In this document: positions 18,405 through 25,870 of the stretch, piece by piece | How positions within the stretch are numbered: the stretch's first letter is position 1 | Layout: each line of letters begins with the position of its first letter | NCBI GenBank assembly: GCA_041659405.1 | Contig: JBAZYK010000004.1 | Coordinates: forward strand, 60,001 to 92,000 | Direction of reading: 5' to 3' | Source: Candidatus Altimarinota bacterium | GTDB taxonomy: Bacteria > Patescibacteriota > Gracilibacteria > UBA1369 | DNA length: 32,000 nucleotides | Translations under genes and position numbers: made by a program | The notes under the pieces: generated by a model | What the model saw: only the letters and a program-made list of their open reading frames with translations | What the model was told of the DNA's origin: nothing | The model's database searches: none

Positions 18405-20054
18405 TCAATAAACCGCATCCAGATAACACTTTTCGCAATAGACAATTTCTGCATGTTTAGGCGGATAAGTCGTCTTCATCACTGCTCCGCATTTATTACA
18501 ATGATCTGAATAGATTTTATAACTGTTTCTCATATTCATTCTGGTGCGATGCCTGCATTCATAGCAGCTTCGTGGAATTGGTAAATTTGTTTTTTTGTAA
18601 AACGCCAATTCAAGCTTGATTATGCGATAATTTTTATGACACTCCGCACAGGTTAATATTTCTTTAGTTATACTTTCATCAATCGCTCCGGAAGAATCGG
18701 GTAATGCAGCCATAGTTGCAGGTACGTAATTCTTTTTATCTTCATCAAGCCAGCTATAACCGAGTTTCAAAGCTTCCGCTTTTGTAAGCGGATAAAAATC
18801 CTGAGCGGCGGTTTCGTTGTAGTCAAAAGGTGAAACGGTTTTTGGGAAAAACTGCCCCCATTCCCCATTTTTCTTCATCTGTTCAATAATTTGTGGCACC
18901 AGCTTTTCATATTCTTCTTTTGAGTATTGCTTGTTTAAAATGCAATATTTTTTGTGTCGCAAACCTACGCACCCAAAACAGTCGGCCGAAGAAACACAAC
19001 TATCGCAATAGCGTAAACCATTGGAAAACCAGGTGTAGTTGCAGAAAGCAATATCGGTGGATCCTCTTGAAACAAGTGATGAATAGACAACTTCACACTT
19101 TGGCCAACCTGCGGAATAGCAGCCGTAAACATCTTTTGAATCACTCAACGAAATGGAATTGCAACAATCTTCACCGTTATGACCATCAAAACAATCAATG
19201 CAATTTTTTGAGTCATACAGGTATTCTCCGCTGCAATTTTCGCTGTTAATCAGTTTAAGATTTCTGCGAATTGTCTTTTTGCGAATGTCCAAAAACAGCT
19301 GATAGGCTTCCTGATAACTTTTCCATGATCCATTCAGATATTTTTTCTTAAAGGTCTCGAATTCCTCTTTGCTGCAAGGTTTATTGAAGATGTGATAACT
19401 TTTATTAATTAAATTTGAACAAAGAAAGCAATTGTTGCAGCCACGGAGTTGATAAGAAAAATAACATTCATTGCTGTTCGCGGATTCCTGCAACATGACG
19501 CAGCTATAACAATTTTCACTATCGCTGCAGTTATAACAAAGCGTGCTGTTGTGAGTGTACATTGAGTCCAAAACGTCTTTATCGTTAACCATCCAATAAG
19601 AATACATCATGTCTTCACACCCGGCTACAAGCGAGTTTAAATAGCAATTTTTAGAAGTGCGGATGTGGCCGTTATAATCACAATTTTCACTGTTAAAAAC
19701 GGAAGTTCCTTCGCGAGGAACAACTTTTTGCAGTTCGGCAAATTGTTCAAAGAATGGACGATTAAAATCGAAATCCCGACCATAATCCAGGGCTTCCCAA
19801 GTGTCTCCCCACCAGATTGAGTTGGCGTAAATTTTGAACGGACTATCCGGTCTGTAAGCACTTAAAATTTCTTTTCCAGTGGAGTCACATTTCCTTTTAT
19901 AGAGCTTCCATTCATTGCGGAAAGCCATCAATATTTGCAATCTTTCATCCGGTGTCGTAGTTGGTTCCGGTACGCCAAGGCGTTTGCAAAACTCGATTTC
20001 CTGATCCTGAAGCTCAAAATTCTTACCTGATAAGTGTGATTTTCTAATAGACAT
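18405..20054 (-). CDS. Cys-rich double-zinc-ribbon repeat protein, paralog 3 of 7 (N-terminal ribbon ligands lost)
   Basis: 549 aa, colinear with the other copies. The N-terminal ribbon positions read KSHLSGKNFEL...TPDERLQILMAFRNE (Cys replaced by S, S, T, E). It has CFGCVGLRHKKYCILNKQYSKEEYEKLVPQIIEQM, and the C-terminal CAECHKNYRIIKLELAFYKKTNLPIPRSCYECRH...HCNKCG...VYCEKCYLDAVY is intact. Confidence 0.9.
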   Translation of the reverse strand: MSIRKSHLSGKNFELQDQEIEFCKRLGVPEPTTTPDERLQILMAFRNEWKLYKRKCDSTGKEILSAYRPDSPFKIYANSIWWGDTWEALDYGRDFDFNRPFFEQFAELQKVVPREGTSVFNSENCDYNGHIRTSKNCYLNSLVAGCEDMMYSYWMVNDKDVLDSMYTHNSTLCYNCSDSENCYSCVMLQESANSNECYFSYQLRGCNNCFLCSNLINKSYHIFNKPCSKEEFETFKKKYLNGSWKSYQEAYQLFLDIRKKTIRRNLKLINSENCSGEYLYDSKNCIDCFDGHNGEDCCNSISLSDSKDVYGCYSAGWPKCEVVYSSLVSRGSTDIAFCNYTWFSNGLRYCDSCVSSADCFGCVGLRHKKYCILNKQYSKEEYEKLVPQIIEQMKKNGEWGQFFPKTVSPFDYNETAAQDFYPLTKAEALKLGYSWLDEDKKNYVPATMAALPDSSGAIDESITKEILTCAECHKNYRIIKLELAFYKKTNLPIPRSCYECRHRTRMNMRNSYKIYSDHCNKCGAVMKTTYPPKHAEIVYCEKCYLDAVY

Positions 20055-20085
20055 AAGTGATAATAAAGATTTTCAAAATGATAAC

Positions 20086-20150
20086 CCAATAAACCCGTTT
20101 TGGATAGCACTTTTCACAAAAAATTTAGAAGATTTTAATTCTGGAATATT
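20086..20150 (-). pseudogene. Relic of the 3' end of an eighth paralog (decayed ...CEKCY..VY tail)
   Basis: The minus-strand reading of 20086-20125 gives F C E K C Y P K R V Y W, against the canonical Y C E K C Y L (D/E) A V Y stop. About 27 of 38 nt are identical to the 3' end of paralog 3 (18405-18442) by hand alignment. A PE...-like continuation runs to about 20150. There is no ORF, and the former stop now reads TGG. Confidence 0.5.
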
Positions 20151-20233
20151 AAGCTTGGTTAAAAGCCATGTTCTTGATATTTTATTTCATAACATTCATC
20201 ATATATATGAATTTAATTAATTTAACTAATTTT

Positions 20234-20479
20234 ATGTCAGTATTTACTTTGAAACTTTTCAACACAGGGCAAATAACCCTGCCTAAAGCATGGCGCGAAA
20301 AATTCACGACAAAGTTGTTTCTGGCAAAAGAAACCCCTGAAGGTTTATTGATCCAGCCAATCGAAAAGAATGAACTGGTCTATTTTGAAAATAAAGAAAG
20401 TTTTGGCCTGTATTGCGAAAAAGGCCTGCCAGTCGACGATATTATTTCAACCATCAAAAAAATCCATGGAGCAGATTGA
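20234..20479 (+). CDS. AbrB/MazE (SpoVT-AbrB) family DNA-binding protein or antitoxin-like protein, with no adjacent toxin
   Basis: 81 aa from the internal ATG at 20234 (MSVFTLKLFNTGQITLPKAWREKF...), which fits a swapped-hairpin AbrB-type motif. The longer ORF from 20168 adds an implausible Phe/Ile-rich leader. Confidence 0.6.
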   Translation: MSVFTLKLFNTGQITLPKAWREKFTTKLFLAKETPEGLLIQPIEKNELVYFENKESFGLYCEKGLPVDDIISTIKKIHGAD

Positions 20480-20503
20480 GAAATGAAAGGCCTACAAAAA
20501 ATT

Positions 20504-22240
20504 CTAATAAACCGCTTCCAGATAACATTTTTCACAATAGACGATTTTCCCCCGCTTAGCGGGGGACCCCGCTGCGGCGGTGGCTGGCCTTTCCGGCGCA
20601 TAAGAAGTCTGAATTTCTGCTCCACATTTTGCACATGCACGTTTCCAAAGATGCAGGGGGTTGCGTTTGCTCATCCTTTGTTTATGCCTGCAATCAGGGC
20701 AAAGATGAGGCAAAGGGATATTCCCTTTTTTATAAAATGCCAATTCCTGTTTGATAATTCGATAATTTTTATCACAGCCATCACAGCTCAGAATTGCCTG
20801 CAGTAAGTCATCCCGAACTTCAGCGACGTTATCAGGGATCTGAATTTTTGGTCCGGCATATTTGTTTGATAAATCCTCTTCTTGAAAACCAAGTCCAAGC
20901 TTCAAAATTTGCTCTTTTGTGAGAGGAAATTGCTCGTTTGCGACCGTTTCATTATAACTAAATTCAGAAATATTCATCGGGAAAAATTCACCGAAGTCGC
21001 CACTATTCGATCCGGAAACACTTATTTTCTTCATTTGTTCGATAATGCGCGGCACAATTTTTTCATATTCTTCTTTGGAATATTGTTTGTTCAAGATGCA
21101 ATACTGCTTATGCCTAAGCCCTACGCAGCCAAAGCAGTTTTGACTGCTAAAGCATCCAACGCAATAAATCAAATCACTTGTTCCAGACCAGCATTGAATG
21201 CAAAAAAGATCATGTTTTGCGCCTAATGCCGTATTGATTGATTCATAGACAAGCTCTGCATCGCGCCCAACCGTGCTCACATCCATATTGTCTTTGGAAT
21301 TACGCCAAACGTGTTCGCTGTATTTACAGTCCTCCGCATCATGGGCATGAAAACATTCTTCGCAATTTTTGCTTTGCTGAATGTAGTCACCGGAACAATT
21401 TTCGGCCTTCAAAAATTGGGCATAGCGATGCGGAAATTTCAATAATAACTTTTCAAATTCAAGTTTATTTTTAGATAAATTGGAATAAGAACCATCCAAG
21501 TATTTTCCCTTGAGAATTTCATACTCTTCTTTTGTATATTGTTTGTTAAAAATGCAGTATTCTTTTTGGCGAAGATTCACGCAAAAAAGACAATTTTTGC
21601 ATCCGATACAATCATTCAAAAAAGCGCTATCGGAACAACCGTTACAATTTTGTGACCACTTCAAATTATAACAGTTATAGCAATTATCAACTTCATAACA
21701 TTGCTGTGACTCATGTGAAAAAGATGAGTCAACGCAGTCGGTACATTTCTGCAGCCAATAGCCATAAAGACAGTCTTCATTGTTGCTGCTTTCAAAAACC
21801 AGATAGCAGTTTTTGCAATTGGCGATCAAATTACAATAATCCGAATTTTCATTATTTTCACTTTTGATATTCATTTGTGGAACCTCGTGCCAAAGCTCAG
21901 CGAATTGCTCAAAAAACGGCCTATTAAAATCAAAATCCTTACCAAATTCAGTGGCATCCCAAGTATCTTTCCACCATTCTTTATGATCATAGACTTTATA
22001 TTTTTTGTCGGGACTATACATCGAAATCAGCTGCTTTCCCGTTAAATCACATTTACGATTATAAAGTTTTCGTTCGTTTCTAAAGGCTAACCTCCGCTGT
22101 CTTCTGCAGTCAGGGCAAAGAGTCGGCGAGGGGATTTGATATTTTTTGCCACCAAAAACAGGCGAGATTTTTTCATAAAAATTCAAGTCATTATCCGTAA
22201 TTTCGAACTGAGTTTTACACTGACGACAGTTTTTTAACAT
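20504..22240 (-). CDS. Cys-rich double-zinc-ribbon repeat protein, paralog 4 of 7 (carries a 13-codon GC-rich insertion near the C-terminus)
   Basis: 578 aa. CRQCKTQFEI...FYEKISP...CPDCRRQRRLAFRNERKLYNRKCD; CLFCVNLRQKEYCIFNKQYTKEEYE and GCVGLRHKQYCILNKQYSKEEYEKIVPRIIEQM. The C-terminal ...SYAPERPATAAAGSPAKRGKIVYCEKCYLEAVY corresponds to ...YAPERPEIIYCEKCYLEAVY in paralog 2. Confidence 0.9.
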   Translation of the reverse strand: MLKNCRQCKTQFEITDNDLNFYEKISPVFGGKKYQIPSPTLCPDCRRQRRLAFRNERKLYNRKCDLTGKQLISMYSPDKKYKVYDHKEWWKDTWDATEFGKDFDFNRPFFEQFAELWHEVPQMNIKSENNENSDYCNLIANCKNCYLVFESSNNEDCLYGYWLQKCTDCVDSSFSHESQQCYEVDNCYNCYNLKWSQNCNGCSDSAFLNDCIGCKNCLFCVNLRQKEYCIFNKQYTKEEYEILKGKYLDGSYSNLSKNKLEFEKLLLKFPHRYAQFLKAENCSGDYIQQSKNCEECFHAHDAEDCKYSEHVWRNSKDNMDVSTVGRDAELVYESINTALGAKHDLFCIQCWSGTSDLIYCVGCFSSQNCFGCVGLRHKQYCILNKQYSKEEYEKIVPRIIEQMKKISVSGSNSGDFGEFFPMNISEFSYNETVANEQFPLTKEQILKLGLGFQEEDLSNKYAGPKIQIPDNVAEVRDDLLQAILSCDGCDKNYRIIKQELAFYKKGNIPLPHLCPDCRHKQRMSKRNPLHLWKRACAKCGAEIQTSYAPERPATAAAGSPAKRGKIVYCEKCYLEAVY

Positions 22241-22252
22241 AATTCAGAGCTT

Positions 22253-23905
22253 TTAATATACTTCCTTTTCATAACATTTTTCGCAGTATACAACTTCCGG
22301 GCGATCGGGCGAATATGTGGTTTTAATTTCCGCACCACATTTTGCGCAATTTCTGGTCCAAAGTTTGCGTGGATTTCGTAAGTCAAAACGCGCCTTATAT
22401 CTGCAATTAAAGCACTTTAAAGGCACCGGGATATTCATTTTTTTATAAAGTTTTAATTCCTGACTAACCAATTTGTAATTTTTCCCGCAGCATTCACAGG
22501 TTAAAATTTTATTGGCAAAACTTTCATCAACATTGGAAATTTTTTCCGGAATTACAATTTTTGCACCCTGATATTTTGTGATGCTTTCCTCATCTTTCCA
22601 CTTAAACCCTTTTTGCAGGATTTGCTCTTTGCTAAGCGGATAATACTCATTTGCAACGGTCTCATTATAAGCAAAAGGCGAAAGTTGTGCCGGGAAAAAT
22701 TGTCCCCATTCTCCTGTTTCTTTCATATGTTCAATAATACGCGCACTCAATTTTTCATATTCTTCTTTGGAGTATTGTTTATTGAAAATACAATACTGTT
22801 TTCGGCGCAGACCAATGCAGCCAAACAGGTCTCCCGATCCGGCAAAACAGTAATAACAATGGGTTAAATTTTTAATATTATTACCGCAATAAGCGCTGAA
22901 TTTTACGTTATAAAAGCCGTTTCCGCAGAGCTGGTTTTCGTAACCAAGTTCAGCCGGCAAGCCCCAGGCATAACAATCGTAACAATCCTTGGCGCGATGA
23001 AACCAGACGCACCATTTGCAATCTTCCAGATAGGTGGAGTCATAACATTCTTCTGAATTTTTTGAAAAGAAAACGTGATCACCAGTCACATTTTCATTGC
23101 TGATTCCGGCATAATATTTATGCGGAATTGATTTTTTTAACGCATAAAATTTCTCACGGGCAGCCTCAAAAGAAGCTCTATCTTTAAGTAATTCCTGAAC
23201 TTTTTTGAAATATTCTTCTTTGGAGTATGGCTTATTAAAAATATAATATTCCTTGTTTTTTAGCGACACACAGCCAAAACAGTTCGAGCATCCTTTGCAG
23301 TCATACAGAAAATATGAATCTCGGCAATTCTGACAAATCTGACTGTGCTGCAGATTGTAGCAGTTATAACTATCAATACATTCATAGCAAAGCTCCGAAT
23401 CAAAAATAAAAAAACAGTCAGAAACATCCTTGCAGCGCTGAATATAGGTTGTATAAAAACAATCTTCACTGTCGCTCGCCGCAAAAATCAAATAACAATT
23501 TTTATTTCCGGAACTTAAATGTGTATAGTCGCAATTCACATTATCATCGTGCATGTTGATGGAAATAACCGGAACCTCCAACATCATCTCTTTGAATTGT
23601 TCAAAAAACGGCCTGTTAAAGTCAAAATCACGGCCATATTTCATTGGATCCCATTTGTCACTCCACCAACACTTATGACAATAAACTTTCACCGATTTAT
23701 CCGGCGAATAAATCGAAATTATCTGTGAGCCGCAAAGATCACATTTACGGTTATAAAGTTTGCGCTCATTACGCCAGGTTAAGCGCCTTTGCATGCGACA
23801 ATCAGGGCAAAAATTTGGCTGCGGAACCTGCATTTTTGTATAAAAAGCCTGATCCTTATCTGTGATTTCAAATGATCCGCCACATTGTTTGCAGGATTTA
23901 TTCAT
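22253..23905 (-). CDS. Cys-rich double-zinc-ribbon repeat protein, paralog 5 of 7 (both N-terminal ribbons fully liganded)
   Basis: 550 aa with 42 Cys by hand count. N-terminal CKQCGGSFEI...FYTKMQVPQPNFCPDCRMQRRLTWRNERKLYNRKCDLCG...VYCHKCWW. C-terminal CECCGKNYKLVSQELKLYKKMNIPVPLKCFNCRY...RNCAKCG...VYCEKCY. Confidence 0.9.
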   Translation of the reverse strand: MNKSCKQCGGSFEITDKDQAFYTKMQVPQPNFCPDCRMQRRLTWRNERKLYNRKCDLCGSQIISIYSPDKSVKVYCHKCWWSDKWDPMKYGRDFDFNRPFFEQFKEMMLEVPVISINMHDDNVNCDYTHLSSGNKNCYLIFAASDSEDCFYTTYIQRCKDVSDCFFIFDSELCYECIDSYNCYNLQHSQICQNCRDSYFLYDCKGCSNCFGCVSLKNKEYYIFNKPYSKEEYFKKVQELLKDRASFEAAREKFYALKKSIPHKYYAGISNENVTGDHVFFSKNSEECYDSTYLEDCKWCVWFHRAKDCYDCYAWGLPAELGYENQLCGNGFYNVKFSAYCGNNIKNLTHCYYCFAGSGDLFGCIGLRRKQYCIFNKQYSKEEYEKLSARIIEHMKETGEWGQFFPAQLSPFAYNETVANEYYPLSKEQILQKGFKWKDEESITKYQGAKIVIPEKISNVDESFANKILTCECCGKNYKLVSQELKLYKKMNIPVPLKCFNCRYKARFDLRNPRKLWTRNCAKCGAEIKTTYSPDRPEVVYCEKCYEKEVY

Positions 23906-23931
23906 GATTCAAAATCTTTTTAGAGTAAAAA

Positions 23932-25587
23932 TTAATAAACTTCTTTTAAATAACAGCTTTCGCAATAGACGATTTCTGGCCTATTTGGGGCGTAACTCGT
24001 CGTTATTGCTACGCCGCACTTTGCACAATTGCGTTCCCAAAGCTTGCGTGGATTTCTAGCCTCCATGCGTTCCAAGTGTCTGCATTCATGACAAATATTT
24101 GGCACGGGAACGTTAATTTTGCGATAAAGCTGTAATTCCTGAGGAATTATTTTGTAATTTTTTGAACATTTATCGCAGACCAGAATTTGTTTTGTTATTT
24201 CATTTGGAGTTTCCTGAATATTTTTTGAAATAATGACTTTTGATCCCTGATATTTACCTGAAAGATCTTCATTTTTCCAGTTTGCTCCTATCTTTTTTGC
24301 CTGTTCAGGTACTAATGGAAAATAATCCTGAGCCAAAGTCTCGTTATAACTAAAAACAGAAATGCTCATCGGGAAAAATTGCCCCCATTCGTCCGTTTTT
24401 CGCATGTGTTCAATGATTCGCGGCACTAATTTTTCGTAATCTTCTTTGGAGTATTGTTTATTCAAAATACAATATTCATTCTTTTTTAGGCCTACGCAGC
24501 CAAAAATATTTTTTGAATTAAAGCAAAGACTATTGTAATAATCAAAACTATCAAACCAGCAAATATCGTTAAAGGCATGCATATAATTACTTTCGCTACC
24601 CACGGCTTCATAAACAAGTTCGGAATTGTCATCATTGATAACGTCATAAGAATCCTTCATATTGGTTGCATTGCAAACAAATTTGCAATCCTGGAGATTT
24701 TTGCCTTCGTAACAATTCAGGGAATTTTTTGAATTAAAAAGCGCGTCACCTGTACAGTTTTCTAAGTTTACGCCGTTTATATATTTCCTTATTGCCTGCT
24801 TTTTTAGCTCATTAAATAGAGCTTTACTCGCTTCGAAGTTTTTAAGCAATTCGGGAAGTTTTTTGCGATATTCTTCTTCACTATACTTTTTATTCTCGAT
24901 ATAAAATTCAGCATTATTAAGATTGCAGCAGGCAAAACAGTTTTTACAGCCCTTTAAATTAAAGCCTAAAATACAGTCACTGCAGTTATTTGAATTTTGT
25001 AGATATTGTGAGTTGTAGCAATTTTCGCAGTCCACTAGTTCATAACAAAGTTCACCTGTATTAAGGTTTGAGCATTCAGCACAATCCTTCATTTTAAAAC
25101 TGCGATTGGAATAGTACGAATTTTCACAATATCCACATGTAAATAAAAGATAAGAATTTTTATTACGAAATCCAAAGTTACAATATTCACTGTTTTCGAT
25201 TTCTTTATTGATGAGTGCAATTCGCGGTACGACTTTTAAAAGTTCGGCAAATTGCTCAAAAAATGGCCTATTAAAATCAAAATCACGGCCATAATCCAAG
25301 GGATTCCATTGGTCTCCCCACCAGGCTTCGCGGCCATAAACTTGTACAGGTTTGTCGGGACTATACATTGAAATGATTTCTTTCCCTGTTAAATCGCATT
25401 TTCGATGATAGAGTTTTCTTTCATTGCGAAATGCTAAACGCCTCTGCATGCGGCAATCAGGACAAAATACCGGTGCGGGTATTTGGTATTTTTTACCAGC
25501 AAAAATTGGAGAGATTTTTTCGTAAAATTTCGAATCCTCATCAGTGATTTCAAACGCGTTTCCGCATTGTCTACAGTTTTTAGTCAT
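23932..25587 (-). CDS. Cys-rich double-zinc-ribbon repeat protein, paralog 6 of 7
   Basis: 551 aa. CRQCGNAFEI...FYEKISP...CPDCRMQRRLAFRNERKLYHRKCD; CFACCNLNNAEFYIENKKYSEEEYRKK and GCVGLKKNEYCILNKQYSKEDYEKLVPRIIEHM; C-terminal CDKCSKNYKIIPQELQLYRKINVPVPNICHECRH...RNCAKCG...VYCESCYLKEVY. Confidence 0.9.
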   Translation of the reverse strand: MTKNCRQCGNAFEITDEDSKFYEKISPIFAGKKYQIPAPVFCPDCRMQRRLAFRNERKLYHRKCDLTGKEIISMYSPDKPVQVYGREAWWGDQWNPLDYGRDFDFNRPFFEQFAELLKVVPRIALINKEIENSEYCNFGFRNKNSYLLFTCGYCENSYYSNRSFKMKDCAECSNLNTGELCYELVDCENCYNSQYLQNSNNCSDCILGFNLKGCKNCFACCNLNNAEFYIENKKYSEEEYRKKLPELLKNFEASKALFNELKKQAIRKYINGVNLENCTGDALFNSKNSLNCYEGKNLQDCKFVCNATNMKDSYDVINDDNSELVYEAVGSESNYMHAFNDICWFDSFDYYNSLCFNSKNIFGCVGLKKNEYCILNKQYSKEDYEKLVPRIIEHMRKTDEWGQFFPMSISVFSYNETLAQDYFPLVPEQAKKIGANWKNEDLSGKYQGSKVIISKNIQETPNEITKQILVCDKCSKNYKIIPQELQLYRKINVPVPNICHECRHLERMEARNPRKLWERNCAKCGVAITTSYAPNRPEIVYCESCYLKEVY

Positions 25588-25870
25588 ACGTAGGCGAGTT
25601 GCAATTTATTAAAATTATTTTAAACTCACAGCTTACATTTATACCACACTGTATTACTTTGTAAACTTAATGGAAAAAGAAAGACAAAGCAATGTACCAT
25701 AATAGCCCTTACATAAGCCTTTACAGCTGGATCTAATTGATGTATATTATCTGTAGAAACACTTTTACAACAAGACCGCCAAAGGCGATCCGCGCCTGCC
25801 CTAAGCAGGCATAGCAGTTAACTCCTGCAAAGCAGGAACAAAATTATTAATTCATATAATTCCAAGTTGA

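Noticed and set aside
18405-18407. Alternative genetic code with UGA recoded, as in some candidate phyla
   Set aside because: Several well-supported genes end at TGA exactly where their paralogs or families end (for example paralog 3 here, and the antitoxin at 16375-16377). All long ORFs are intact under the standard bacterial code.
20483-20806. 107-aa plus-strand ORF directly after the AbrB-like gene, considered as a toxin partner
   Set aside because: It lies fully antisense to the C-terminal region of paralog 4, which is conserved in all seven paralogs. Its sequence is low-complexity or odd (FPPLSGGPRCGGGWPF), so it is most likely a shadow ORF.
21581-21610. CIGCKNCLFC-type C-x2-C-x2-C-x2-C clusters, considered as ferredoxin-like 4Fe-4S motifs
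   Set aside because: The canonical clostridial ferredoxin motif is C-x2-C-x2-C-x3-C-P. Here the spacing is x2 throughout, with no following Pro, and the cluster continues a longer CxxC ladder. An Fe-S assignment is therefore not justified from sequence, although metal binding in general remains plausible.
25745-25800. Second relic of a paralog 3' tail upstream of paralog 6
   Set aside because: Only a ~13-nt core (ttg.aaaagtgtt) resembles the canonical tail. The flanks do not align convincingly by hand, and the match is much weaker than the 20086-20150 relic, so it is mentioned only as an alternative under the hairpin finding.
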